From: a virus
IMG/VR virus record: IMGVR_UViG_3300024346_000015
Coordinates: 1 to 53,614 of that record
Reading direction: 5' to 3' (one strand)
Length of the DNA: 53,614 nucleotides
The position numbers and the translations under genes were made by a program. Shown one piece after another: positions 43,958 to 53,614 of this stretch. The notes beneath the pieces are model-generated. The model saw nothing but the letters and a program-made list of their open reading frames with translations. It was not told the DNA's origin and did no database searches. Each line of letters begins with the position of its first letter. Position 1 is the first letter of the stretch.

Positions 43958-44956
43958 CTATGAAATCGTTGCGGTTGAGCTTACTACATACCACTCTGTG
44001 GTGGACAAACTATAAACCAGATGTGCAGTCTGTCCTGAAGCTATTGTTAATGTGTCTCTGGATGCGGCGTTGTTACTGATAGTAACTGTCGCTGTACCAG
44101 AATTGATATTTATTAGATATTTAACTTCACCATCTACCGTACCGTCACCCATAGTTGCAGTGACCGCAGTACCCATGTTGAAGAATGTTATCGGTGCAGT
44201 CAATGCAACCGTTGCGGGGGTGGCAGTTATATTCTGAGTACCAAGTGCAAGTTTAGTTTCAATTGCAACCGCACCAGTACCCTTAGAATGAAGTTCTAAA
44301 TTGATGTCTGCGTTACTACCTACCGATCGGATCTCCGGATGAAGAAGGTGCGAAGCATTACCAATACTGATATTGTTTATCGCATTATTATCGGGAGAAA
44401 ATGTAATCAGTTCGTTACCAGCACTATCCTGAAGATTAGTTCCGATACGGAACGTTTCAATCAATGGATCGACCAGAGTCTTGTTAGTCAAAGTCTGAGG
44501 ATGGTTATTGAACGTGAACTCATCGTGATTAGTCAATACAGGTAGAGTTACGTTTCGGTTAGCTGCAACATCAGATGCAACTAAATTGAAAGAATGGTTG
44601 CCACCAGCATCAGTTAGTGTTAAACTAGAGATAGTCGGACTAGTAAGTGTTTTGTTCGTTAGTGTCTGAGTCGCAGTACTAAGTACAAAGTCACCGTTCG
44701 CATCCGGAAGACTCAAGACACGGTCAGCAGTTGGGTTCACTACGGTCAGTTTAGTTTCAAACTGATCTAAACTTGTTCCTTCAAAGATGATACCATCATC
44801 CACGAAAGATACACCACCGGAGAGGGTGTCACTATCACCACCTAGAAACTTATATAGTTCTACGAAGTTGGCGTTGATCTTTAAACCGGCAGTACGTAGT
44901 GTATCACCCGTACCATCGTTAGCAACTGTTCCTCTGTTTAATACTTGTCTTGTCAT
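43958..44956 (-). CDS. Baseplate protein with gp9/gp10-type N-terminus
   Basis: G..ANDGTGDTLR.AG.KIN.NF.ELY motif; QTLTNKTL repeats. Confidence 0.85.
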   Translation of the reverse strand: MTRQVLNRGTVANDGTGDTLRTAGLKINANFVELYKFLGGDSDTLSGGVSFVDDGIIFEGTSLDQFETKLTVVNPTADRVLSLPDANGDFVLSTATQTLTNKTLTSPTISSLTLTDAGGNHSFNLVASDVAANRNVTLPVLTNHDEFTFNNHPQTLTNKTLVDPLIETFRIGTNLQDSAGNELITFSPDNNAINNISIGNASHLLHPEIRSVGSNADINLELHSKGTGAVAIETKLALGTQNITATPATVALTAPITFFNMGTAVTATMGDGTVDGEVKYLININSGTATVTISNNAASRDTLTIASGQTAHLVYSLSTTEWYVVSSTATIS

Positions 44957-44986
44957 TAGTCTCTTCTACCTAAAGATTGATACTTC

Positions 44987-44994
44987 TATTTATA
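44987..44994 (-). promoter_or_regulatory. T4-type late promoter
   Basis: CGTATAAATAG on the minus strand. Confidence 0.85.
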
Positions 44995-44998
44995 CGTT

Positions 44999-46066
44999 TT
45001 ATAGCAGTTCGTCCAGAGTTATTTCTCCGTCCGAATCACCTGTTTGTCCTACAGCTGGATTGTTACCATCAGTCCTTAACACATTGCGCCAAGTGAATTG
45101 TTCTTGGTCAATAGTCTCCAGACTAGACAGACCCATAGCGGATCCACTGTCATCGGTATCTTCATCGAATGTTGGTGAGTTGGGTTCTAAGTACTCTAGT
45201 ATGTTACTCTGTAACCCATGTACCTCACCGATAGTGATGTCACCAACGTCTTTAATATCGTTACCGCCAGGGTTCGGATAAGATGATGAACTTCCCATGT
45301 TTGTTCTGAATATCATCTCGTCTCCATCTGGATTGATTGCCACATCGAATAGTGCGGTGTGTTGTGCGTAACCTTCTGGATGTCTCATAGTAGCAATACC
45401 CTCGATTTCTTTCGGTGGTAGATCCAGTGTGCCAGGAAATGGTTGATTCTCGATATCCAAATCGACCGATCCTACCAACTGTACTTGAGAACCCAAATAC
45501 ATACCAGCTGGGTGTACAAACAACTTATACACCTCTCTCCACTTGGAGATTGCCAGTTCACTTCTAATCTGTATCGCATAGTTCTGATACAGTTTATCGT
45601 CTGTTATATACCTCTGTGAGGATGCACCGATCTCCGAAGCGTTTAACGTAAACACATTCTTCTTAGTGTAAACGATATCGGGATCAATGTTAAAGAACGT
45701 CCGAAAGAACTGTTGAATAGAGTACTTAGTACCCTTAGAACGATACAGTGTATTAGAGTACTTTGCAGCCTCTCTCTTATCCGCAAATCCTTCGAAGTAC
45801 GACTGACCCAACAACAACTCATCTTCAACAAAGGATAACAAATCTATATCCGTCTGTGTGATATCCTTGATTAAGAATAACTCATTGAGTAACGTAGTCG
45901 GAGAAACATCTTCCTCTTCAAAGTTATAGTACTTTGTCAACAAAGTTACTAACTTAGGAAAACTAGAGATTATATGATCGGGAAGTACTTCCTCAATCTT
46001 ATAATGTCGTAGATTTATTTCCCTACGGTTTAAGTCATCGAATGTCTTGTCTAAGTGTCCGGCCAT
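44999..46066 (-). CDS. Baseplate wedge protein, short gp7-like
   Basis: LYRSKGTKYSI..FFR, YQNYA..I.S, VHPAGM motifs; follows gp6. Confidence 0.8.
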   Translation of the reverse strand: MAGHLDKTFDDLNRREINLRHYKIEEVLPDHIISSFPKLVTLLTKYYNFEEEDVSPTTLLNELFLIKDITQTDIDLLSFVEDELLLGQSYFEGFADKREAAKYSNTLYRSKGTKYSIQQFFRTFFNIDPDIVYTKKNVFTLNASEIGASSQRYITDDKLYQNYAIQIRSELAISKWREVYKLFVHPAGMYLGSQVQLVGSVDLDIENQPFPGTLDLPPKEIEGIATMRHPEGYAQHTALFDVAINPDGDEMIFRTNMGSSSSYPNPGGNDIKDVGDITIGEVHGLQSNILEYLEPNSPTFDEDTDDSGSAMGLSSLETIDQEQFTWRNVLRTDGNNPAVGQTGDSDGEITLDELL

Positions 46067-47892
46067 TAGTTAGTCGCTGTCGTTATGATGCCAGTTGTCT
46101 GTGATCGAGATTCGTCATAATTGAGGACATCGTTTCTTTGTGGAGTAATCGCAGACTGGTTAGCAGGGAGTACAGATATTTTAACTGTGGTCTGTCCACC
46201 CGTGATACTATCGATCTGAAGTCCTACAAAAGAAACAACACCATTTACGTCAAACGATCCTACGTTGTCAACCAATACTCTGTTGTCGTTAAGATCAATG
46301 ACCTGTAACACATTAGAGTTCAACTTGTTTCGAATCGAACAGTTGATGTTTTGGAGTACAAAGTTAGTTGATGTTACGATATACTCTTCATCGTCAAACT
46401 CTTCGATCATTACCGGAAACTTCAAAGTGTGATTCTGTATTCTACCAAGTATCGGAGTAACACTCTGTTGCATCTTGACGGTCGCACGTGAAGACAGGAT
46501 AGCTGGAGATATATCATCAATCAAACTCAGTAGATTAGATCGTCTAAACGACTGATCAAACTTACCAGTATTTTGAGTAAAGTATTGACGGGTTACGTCT
46601 TCTACTTGTGACTTAATAGTGTTCATTGTCAACGAAGTTAATCGTTCGTTAAACTGGAACTTAGTATCGAGTTCAACACTAGTTCTAACTGGATCGGAAA
46701 ACTTCAAGTCAAATGATGCAATAGACAACTGAGACGCTAAGTCTAAGATGGACTGTTTGGTTGCATCGACAGTAACTTGAGGAATAGTAGAGTTAAAGAG
46801 GACAGACATAAAGACTGCACCATACTCTTTAACAATGTTATCTTCTCCACCCCAAGACTTGATATCACTGATCAAAGAAGAGAAGTTACGTAATACAAGA
46901 GCGGAGTAATCCGAATGCGTTACCATTCTGTTCTGAGATGCATATTGGAAAGGTGCGTTCTTACGAATCGATTCTAGAGATTCTTTCTCTGCACCACCAG
47001 ATGAAACTGATTCTGTGGTTATCGTTGGTACCAATTCGGTATTCGCATTGATCTGAACAGCATTAACTGGTTCGAATGTCTCTGCGAAGTTTGAATCGGG
47101 GCCGTTGGTGGACAGATATTCAACAACAATCTTGTTGCCTGGCGCTGGGGTTCTACCCAAAGTAGTACCGTTACCGAACGTCAATTCAAAGAAACCATTA
47201 GGCATCTCCTTCATGATGTATATGGTTGAATCGGTATCAATGACGCTTGTATTCAAAATGTTTTTATATGCGGTAAAGTCCAATGATGTTGAACTAGGGT
47301 GTACCTTAACTACCGCAGTACTGAGATCTAGGTTCTTATCCGGAATGATGTATGTGATGTTTTCAGAGTTATCACCAGAGATAAACGTCTTAGTCTTTGA
47401 ACGACCTTCCTTAATAGGAATGATGTTGGAACCGTTCTGTTGTTTGAACTCATAGAAACCAAAACCATCGTCTGAAGCAGAGATTGTTTCGGTTGTCTGG
47501 AAAGTGAATTCAAGACTATCAACCGTAGATACAAACTGGTAACCAGCTGAGATAGATAATCGTGGACTACGGTCAACAATACCAGATAGGTTCAATGACA
47601 TCTTGACAAACGCCTGTGATGCGTTCTTACTATCCGGAACATAACCGATACCTTCGGACAAGGAGACCAACGAACTACGTAGTTGGGCCGTTCCAAGGAA
47701 TGATTCGTTCAAGGCGAAGTTGGCAGTCAATGCATTCATGTGTGTATTGTATGCCAATACATCCAGTATGTTAGACAGACCGGACGCTTCGAAGTTGTAG
47801 TCCTTGAACTCTTGTTGTTGTTCTAGGTAAATCTTCAGGTTGTTCTTGATTGCCTGAAAATCTAGTGCTGTTGATTTAATCGTTGTCGCCAT
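46066..47892 (-). CDS. gp6: Baseplate wedge protein gp6
   Basis: LDF..IK.NL, DYNFEASGLS.ILDVLAYNTH, NESFL.TAQLRSS, SQNRMVT..DY, WGGEDN. Confidence 0.97.
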   Translation of the reverse strand: MATTIKSTALDFQAIKNNLKIYLEQQQEFKDYNFEASGLSNILDVLAYNTHMNALTANFALNESFLGTAQLRSSLVSLSEGIGYVPDSKNASQAFVKMSLNLSGIVDRSPRLSISAGYQFVSTVDSLEFTFQTTETISASDDGFGFYEFKQQNGSNIIPIKEGRSKTKTFISGDNSENITYIIPDKNLDLSTAVVKVHPSSTSLDFTAYKNILNTSVIDTDSTIYIMKEMPNGFFELTFGNGTTLGRTPAPGNKIVVEYLSTNGPDSNFAETFEPVNAVQINANTELVPTITTESVSSGGAEKESLESIRKNAPFQYASQNRMVTHSDYSALVLRNFSSLISDIKSWGGEDNIVKEYGAVFMSVLFNSTIPQVTVDATKQSILDLASQLSIASFDLKFSDPVRTSVELDTKFQFNERLTSLTMNTIKSQVEDVTRQYFTQNTGKFDQSFRRSNLLSLIDDISPAILSSRATVKMQQSVTPILGRIQNHTLKFPVMIEEFDDEEYIVTSTNFVLQNINCSIRNKLNSNVLQVIDLNDNRVLVDNVGSFDVNGVVSFVGLQIDSITGGQTTVKISVLPANQSAITPQRNDVLNYDESRSQTTGIITTATN

Positions 47893-48351
47893 TTATCTTA
47901 ACCTACTTAATACGGTAGTAAATTCTACGAGTTCTCCAGTGTTGATTATCTTAAAGATAACCGTAACTTCCACTGCATTGTCATCCGGTTGCATGTTAAC
48001 AATTACTCTCAAAGAGGATATGTCAACACGGGGTTCATACACTTCAATCACGTTTCTGATTTCACGAATGATGTTCTTCTCTGTAACGGGATCTGCCAGT
48101 TCAAACAAGAAGTTGTATAGGTTACCGCCACAATAGGGATTGAATGGTTTCTCTCCCTGATTAGTCAGTAACAAATTCTTAACTGCGAACTTGACAGATT
48201 CGACATTACGTTTTCGGAATACGTCTTTGGTTGTCGGAGACACGGCCAATGACAGATCCAGATCTGAATACTCTCTGTTCTTGGTTGCCTGTACGGTAGA
48301 TGACGCTTCTAAGTTTCTGTCTTCTATCGATAGTGATCTTGTGATTGCCAT
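47893..48351 (-). CDS. gp25: Baseplate wedge subunit gp25
   Basis: YSDLDL, VKNLLLTN.GEKPFNP, YEPRV, L.RLR. Confidence 0.95.
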   Translation of the reverse strand: MAITRSLSIEDRNLEASSTVQATKNREYSDLDLSLAVSPTTKDVFRKRNVESVKFAVKNLLLTNQGEKPFNPYCGGNLYNFLFELADPVTEKNIIREIRNVIEVYEPRVDISSLRVIVNMQPDDNAVEVTVIFKIINTGELVEFTTVLSRLR

Positions 48352-48377
48352 ATTAGTCTCTTAAATAACCTTGTATC

Positions 48378-48385
48378 TATTTATA
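48378..48385 (-). promoter_or_regulatory. T4-type late promoter
   Basis: CGTATAAATAG upstream of g25. Confidence 0.85.
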
Positions 48386-48389
48386 CGAT

Positions 48390-48986
48390 TTAATCTAGCT
48401 TAACTTCGATTAATTCCCCACCAGACAACTGTTTTCCGTTATAATTGGTAGAGATACTAAATCCGAAGTTTAGGTCAAATGATTCCGTTACTTCGGGCAT
48501 CTCAACAACAATCTGAGATGTCAACGAACCGTCTGGATTGTAGATGTCATAGTCAAGTGTAATCTTCTCATAAAAACAATAGTCTTTCCAATACTCCGCA
48601 ATATCAAATGTCGCAGAGTGATCTATGTTACCTTCTCTATCGATTACCTGATATGCCACAACACGACCATCTTCCTTCTTCAGATTGTCACCCCCTACAG
48701 TCTCCAGAGGGCCACCTTTGTAAATACCTTCACTCACAATAAGACGTACATTGTTGAACAAGTCTGTGTTACCATTGATCGTTCGATACATCTCTGCATG
48801 GAGATAAAGGTTACGTGCAATTTGTTTACGTTCAGATGCGGGGCCTACATGGGAGAACGGTGTCTTATCCCCATACGCACCAAGGTACTTTGCGATGGTT
48901 ACGCCTGGCGCAAGTTTAGTTCTAGATGAGATCTGATCCCCATCAAGAAAGTTTGGGTTGTATAACGGATCTGGTAATATGATCAT
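48390..48986 (-). CDS. Hypothetical baseplate-region protein, possibly a degenerate peptidase M15A-like fold
   Basis: KL.PG.TI..Y, I.RNL, IVSEG.Y pattern and position after gp5; Zn ligands not evident. Confidence 0.5.
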   Translation of the reverse strand: MIILPDPLYNPNFLDGDQISSRTKLAPGVTIAKYLGAYGDKTPFSHVGPASERKQIARNLYLHAEMYRTINGNTDLFNNVRLIVSEGIYKGGPLETVGGDNLKKEDGRVVAYQVIDREGNIDHSATFDIAEYWKDYCFYEKITLDYDIYNPDGSLTSQIVVEMPEVTESFDLNFGFSISTNYNGKQLSGGELIEVKLD

Positions 48987-50425
48987 CCTTTAAACCTCTT
49001 TCCTCTATTCTCAATTGAATTACCTATAGGCACCATACCAAATCTTGAAGACGGTTTAGCATTAACTGCACGTCCTATCTTCGGTGGACTAGTGTTATCA
49101 TAGTCAGAATTAAGTCTACCTTCACCTACCATCTTGTTTCCAATCAAAGAACGGTTAGCGGTGTCACGAATCTTAGACCTAAGTTCTTGGGTTGTCGGGA
49201 TCTTCTCGAACAGTCCTTCGTAATCGTCACGTAGAAGAATCTTATTCTTGAGAGAGTCAGCCGCATCAACCGATATGGCACGTACTGCAAAGTCACCCAT
49301 TGTCATCATTGCACCAATCGCATCTGCAAGTGGTACTGGTTTCTTCGGTGTTGGAGTCTCTTGTGCTTCGACTGCCTTCTTAACGGTAGGATCACTCGCA
49401 GCACCAGCCGCACCTAACGCACCAGCAGTTGCCGCTTTCTGTGCTTGGAATGCAGTCTTCGCCTTGTCTGCTACGTTTGCGTTGTATGACTTGATTGCCT
49501 CTGATGCCTGTCCGTGGAACGATCCATAGAACGCAGCACCGGATGCAAAAGGAACCGCACCCATTGGCCCCATGTAAACGGGGGAAGTCATCTCTACCTG
49601 TTCACCACCGATCACACCCTTCATACCCATGACAGATAGTTCCGATCCAGTGATCGACATGACAGGTGAGGTTAAAATACATTCTGTACCCGCAGTCATA
49701 GTAAGACGATTGTCCGTCATTATCTGGATCTCTCCCTGAACATGGTTCTTGTAGTAACCCTTAGTCCAGTTAGAGTTTTGACCCAGAGTAATCTCAGCCC
49801 TATTCTCTACGGTCTTGTATGACGCAGATCCTTTAGTCGTATATTCGGTGTTCTTCGATACTTCGGTACGTTTGTTCAACAATACACTTTGACGAGAGTT
49901 ACCGTGTATGTTTAGATTGTGATTACCACCCACGTCCATATTCCAGTCACCTGTAACCGTCTGGTTCAGATTACCCTTATAGACCATCTCAGCATCACCC
50001 TCTACGATGACCGTATTGTCTCCTCCGGTCACCTCGACTTTATTGTTCGGAGATGATATAATGATAGAACCATCAGCACGCATTTCGATACCACCACCCT
50101 TACGGTGTTTGATAAGAATACGTTCACCGCCTGGCGTATCATCATGTTCAATGACATGACCTGATGCGGTCTCCATGACCTGATTGAACGGGTACTGTGA
50201 TGGTTGTTGATCTTCTATATTAAGTGATACGTTAAAGTCACCACCCCCAACATAGAGTTCATTTACCTGAAACCCACGTGCAGCTTGGTTTATACTAGAC
50301 GTATAATGATAGTCCGTTCTAGGAAACTCACCAGTAGGATCTTGAAACCCTTCCTGTGGTACACCAAGAGTTCTGTCCTTGGCTGTATTCTTCCCTAACG
50401 AATTTTTATTTGATTCTGTTGTCAT
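48983..50425 (-). CDS. gp5: gp5 C-terminal (beta-helix needle) protein
   Basis: FQDPTGEFP, YPFNQVMETASGHVIE.DDTPG.ERI...H, V.GD-type repeats. Confidence 0.88.
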   Translation of the reverse strand: MTTESNKNSLGKNTAKDRTLGVPQEGFQDPTGEFPRTDYHYTSSINQAARGFQVNELYVGGGDFNVSLNIEDQQPSQYPFNQVMETASGHVIEHDDTPGGERILIKHRKGGGIEMRADGSIIISSPNNKVEVTGGDNTVIVEGDAEMVYKGNLNQTVTGDWNMDVGGNHNLNIHGNSRQSVLLNKRTEVSKNTEYTTKGSASYKTVENRAEITLGQNSNWTKGYYKNHVQGEIQIMTDNRLTMTAGTECILTSPVMSITGSELSVMGMKGVIGGEQVEMTSPVYMGPMGAVPFASGAAFYGSFHGQASEAIKSYNANVADKAKTAFQAQKAATAGALGAAGAASDPTVKKAVEAQETPTPKKPVPLADAIGAMMTMGDFAVRAISVDAADSLKNKILLRDDYEGLFEKIPTTQELRSKIRDTANRSLIGNKMVGEGRLNSDYDNTSPPKIGRAVNAKPSSRFGMVPIGNSIENRGKRFKG

Positions 50426-52329
50426 TGTGGTTTCTTCGTTATCAATTCAGATGGAGTAAAAGACGTATCTTTCGATAGATCTTCGTATACGGACTTCTTG
50501 CGGAATACCGTTTCTACATATTGTGATACATCAAAGTATGGGTCAGTCACTAAGGGTTGTATTTCGTTGTGACCAAACACTTGTCCACCATGATATCTTC
50601 TATAGAATGCTTCACATACTGATTCAAAGGTTGTCATCTGTTCACGAGTGAATGACTGTGAGGAACGATACTGATCCGGATTATCACATCCTGTCGCACA
50701 GTTTAGACCACCTACCAGACATATCTCGATCACAGTATCCGTGTGACCATTAACCACATTACTGGTCGATCTATCCATCGGTCGGGCTCTCTGTAAACGT
50801 CCGTCTCTACGTATCACCAAGTGATATTGAATACCATCGTCACCCGCACTAGTATGGTCAACGTGTAACTCTTCTGCACCAATGTTTTGGTTAGTGTATG
50901 TGTCTGACGCATGTACAACCATTCCGGTTATAGGACGTTTTATAAGTCTAAATTCTGTCCCCAGTTCTTCCTTAGAATCAATATAAGTGTATGCCTCAAA
51001 CGCACTACTCTGTCCATCAAACTTAGCGAGTGTCTCAGTGAGATCAAAGTCTTTAACTACAAATGAATCTGAGGTAGTAATAAGTGAACCGGAGATCGTG
51101 GTATCCAGTGCAGAGAAATCTGCCTCAGCAGCGAAGACACGTTGTTGTGTTGCCTCGATCTCTGCATCCTCGATACCTGCGGCCTTCGCCTTTACCTTAA
51201 CCTCATTCACAAACTCATCGTTAGTCTTACCTTCGGGAATCGATCCGATAACAGCCTTCATTTTAGGACTGAGTGTTTTATCTTCTCTGATTGTCGATTG
51301 TGTCGCCTTTGCGATACCTTCTAAAGTACCGTCCAATGCAGAAGAAACGATCTCAGTGACCTTACCTAATCCAAGGTTTGCGTTACTGGTAACACCTCGT
51401 ACTAGACTAGTCGCAGCGTTGGTGATGTCCTCTGTGATATCTTGTAACATACCAAGACCAGTCTTTACCGGAGACTTATCGAAGAACTCTTGCAATGCAC
51501 CCTGACTCTTTTCTAATCCTTTCAACGGTGCGTTGACTCCACTAGTAATCGCAGCACCTAGATCAGAAGCAGTTGCAGAGATAGAGTTTAAATTTCCTTG
51601 TAGATCGGTACTCATAGTACCAATATCGTTCTTAACATTACTCAATAAGTCTGCGGCAGGGTTCAATGATTGAATAGATGATACCTCTGAGGTAATATCC
51701 GCAACCATACCTTCTGCTTTCTTTATGGTATCGGTAATCGCACCTAGTCCACCAGTTGCGCCACCACCTGTTCCAGATGCAGCCTTTACTTCACTCGCAA
51801 CCCCTTGGATCTTTGACTTCAATGCACTAGACTTACCCTCAACATCTGTTGCGGTTGCACTGATTGCGTCTAGAGATGATGCACCTAGTGTCTCCACTTC
51901 TAGTTTAGCAACAGGTGCGCCTAGTCCAGTTAACTGAACAACCACGTCAGATACAGATTGTTCTTCTTGATCACCCGCGACAATAGTGGTTTCCGCACCC
52001 GAATCCAATCCCACCGATACTGTGAGAGAAGGGGCAGACAGAGTCATCAGAGAAGATGCGGGATCTGCGACACCGGATAGTCCGGTTACCTGATCACCGA
52101 AAGAACACATCGCATCACCCATGGCGGTCTGCCCTGCGTTATCGATCTTAGACTCCATACTAGTAATACCACCGAACACCGCACCCGTTTCACTACCCAA
52201 TAGTGTCGCATTCTTTGCGAACGTATTTTCGGTTAACGCTTTTGCGGAGGCATCGAGACTAGCACCAATACTTGAACCAGCTTGGTTGTCTGTTAATCTA
52301 GAATTAAGTTGACTTTTATTTAAAGGCAT
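50422..52329 (-). CDS. Baseplate-region protein with C-terminal N-acetylmuramoyl-L-alanine amidase (T7 lysozyme-like)
   Basis: VVHASDT, IQYHLVIRRDG..QR.RP, ICLVGG, FT.EQ, VFGHNE....DP.FDV; Ala/Ser/Gly-rich N-terminal part. Confidence 0.85.
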   Translation of the reverse strand: MPLNKSQLNSRLTDNQAGSSIGASLDASAKALTENTFAKNATLLGSETGAVFGGITSMESKIDNAGQTAMGDAMCSFGDQVTGLSGVADPASSLMTLSAPSLTVSVGLDSGAETTIVAGDQEEQSVSDVVVQLTGLGAPVAKLEVETLGASSLDAISATATDVEGKSSALKSKIQGVASEVKAASGTGGGATGGLGAITDTIKKAEGMVADITSEVSSIQSLNPAADLLSNVKNDIGTMSTDLQGNLNSISATASDLGAAITSGVNAPLKGLEKSQGALQEFFDKSPVKTGLGMLQDITEDITNAATSLVRGVTSNANLGLGKVTEIVSSALDGTLEGIAKATQSTIREDKTLSPKMKAVIGSIPEGKTNDEFVNEVKVKAKAAGIEDAEIEATQQRVFAAEADFSALDTTISGSLITTSDSFVVKDFDLTETLAKFDGQSSAFEAYTYIDSKEELGTEFRLIKRPITGMVVHASDTYTNQNIGAEELHVDHTSAGDDGIQYHLVIRRDGRLQRARPMDRSTSNVVNGHTDTVIEICLVGGLNCATGCDNPDQYRSSQSFTREQMTTFESVCEAFYRRYHGGQVFGHNEIQPLVTDPYFDVSQYVETVFRKKSVYEDLSKDTSFTPSELITKKPQ

Positions 52330-53237
52330 TATTCACCTATTAGTTCCTGAAGACCAATGCAGAGTCTCTCTACACTTTCGAAGTCACTCTCTTTCTTTAC
52401 ACCAAGATAATACTTTGCAAAGACTCGTTGACAATTGTTCTTTAGACCTTTTTCGTTAGTATCTGTTTTACGTAAACGAATGTTTGCGGCCGCTTGACTA
52501 CTATTTAGTTCAAATTTAGTGAAGACCAATTGAGTCGCATATTTCGACCAATCGTTACTAAAGTTCTTGAGTATAAGTTTACGTTCGTTTTCCCATCCCG
52601 CAATACCTAGAGGGTTATCTTCACCCGCAACCTCTACGCCAGTCTCATTAAGTCTTGACTTGAAAATAAGTCCTGCCATAATACCGACTGATTGTTTCAA
52701 TGAGTAACCAGCACTGAGGAAGTATTTGACTCCCTCTAGTTGACGAGCCTGCATTGTATTACCATAGACTCGACCGACATTATCGTTCTCGACCTTCACT
52801 GTATCGATAACACTTATTTGTTGTTCAAAGAATACCACGTCTTGCGAGATTCTCTCTTGTACAGTCTTGAACTGAACATTACGTTGAACACGTGTAGGAT
52901 ACTCTATCTTAGGTATAGATCCCAACACCAATGGTATCTGTGAAGCGACACCATCCATGAAGAATCCGAATACCGTTGCACCTGAAGTCAGTCTAGGTGT
53001 TTTACCTAAACCAGACACACCCGCCTCTGTGGTAGGTAGTACTACTTGGGCCCAAGGTAGATCGTTCTGTGGTATCTCTCTTGTAGATGGATTGTGTACA
53101 CCGTGGACACGAATCTTGACACGACCTTCCAAACCATATGGGGGTGTGTGGTCAACAACATCTGCGATAAACCAACGAGTATTGTCACCGTAGTATTCTG
53201 TTTGGATTGCTTTCATTATCCCCTCACCAACTTGCAC
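52329..53237 (-). CDS. gp5: gp5 N-terminal OB-fold fused to a degenerate phage tail lysozyme domain
   Basis: WFIADV...GRVKIRVHGVH...DLPWAQV..P, VFGFFMDG...Q.PLVLGS; then GYS..Q.VGIM, GIAGW, QL.F...EL; true start probably MKAIQ. Confidence 0.85.
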   Translation of the reverse strand: MQVGEGIMKAIQTEYYGDNTRWFIADVVDHTPPYGLEGRVKIRVHGVHNPSTREIPQNDLPWAQVVLPTTEAGVSGLGKTPRLTSGATVFGFFMDGVASQIPLVLGSIPKIEYPTRVQRNVQFKTVQERISQDVVFFEQQISVIDTVKVENDNVGRVYGNTMQARQLEGVKYFLSAGYSLKQSVGIMAGLIFKSRLNETGVEVAGEDNPLGIAGWENERKLILKNFSNDWSKYATQLVFTKFELNSSQAAANIRLRKTDTNEKGLKNNCQRVFAKYYLGVKKESDFESVERLCIGLQELIGE

Positions 53238-53614
53238 ACTGTCATAACAACATCATGACGTGTGTTCTTGAATGTATGTCTTGTGTTATAGATTAGGAAC
53301 TCACCTGTTCGCAATAAGTCGAAAGGTTCTGTTGATTGTGGATCACCATCATCGGAGATTGTTTGGATCTTAACTATATCACCAACACTGGCTTTGGCAA
53401 CAATGAATCCTGCGCCTGGAACAGTTAATTCAAATTGATTCTTGTATAACATATTTCTTATAGCAACGTTTCCGACCTTAGTCTTGAAACTGCCTGGCTT
53501 CATTTCATCATGATAACTCTTGAACGTACCATATGTACCTGTAGATGTAATCTGATGATATATTCTAGAATCTAATTGATCAACGTATTCATCATTTAGC
53601 TTAAATTCTTCTGG
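53216..53614 (-). CDS. Probable baseplate hub protein, C-terminal fragment (frame open to the right edge)
   Basis: No stop codon upstream of 53503 up to the window end; VPG....VGD.V...GEFLI...RH.F C-terminal motif; position before gp5. Confidence 0.7.
   Translation of the reverse strand, partial: PEEFKLNDEYVDQLDSRIYHQITSTGTYGTFKSYHDEMKPGSFKTKVGNVAIRNMLYKNQFELTVPGAGFIVAKASVGDIVKIQTISDDGDPQSTEPFDLLRTGEFLIYNTRHTFKNTRHDVVMTVCKLVRG

Overview
The window is the virion morphogenesis arm of a T4-like myovirus with the gene style of marine or environmental T4-likes. The host cannot be determined from this sequence. Almost all genes lie on the minus strand. Read right to left they are: baseplate hub fragment, a gp5 split into parts plus an amidase, gp25, gp6, gp7-like, gp9/10-like, gp8, a DUF4815-type protein, several fibre genes, a glycosyltransferase/oxygenase pair, gp13-gp23, a small lipoprotein, gp3, a second oxygenase, uvsY, glutaredoxin and uvsW. 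These are driven by T4 late promoters (TATAAATA). A 3-kb plus-strand island (2476-5555) holds a PhyH dioxygenase, a DruA/DUF4338-like protein, a ParB-like protein and a structurally aberrant tRNA-Gly. Three observations stand out. (1) Two paralogous giant proteins (2170 and 1076 aa) have repeat regions that are mirror-complementary. Arg/Ser/Thr units on one side of a central tip are matched in reverse order and unit length by Gly/Asn/aromatic units on the other side, suggesting a self-zipping beta-hairpin fibre up to about 240 nm long. (2) The tRNA-Gly keeps all glycyl identity elements but lacks U33 and G18G19, and it sits in the same island as a putative GNAT-like DruA homologue, suggesting a non-ribosomal glycyl-transfer (possibly DNA hypermodification) system. 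(3) At every Pro-Gly and Gly-Pro codon pair I checked, CCNGG and GGNCC sites occur only when overlapped by GCC/GGC, pointing to a context-specific protective DNA modification. All calls come from reading motifs by eye. No searches were run and all counts are manual.
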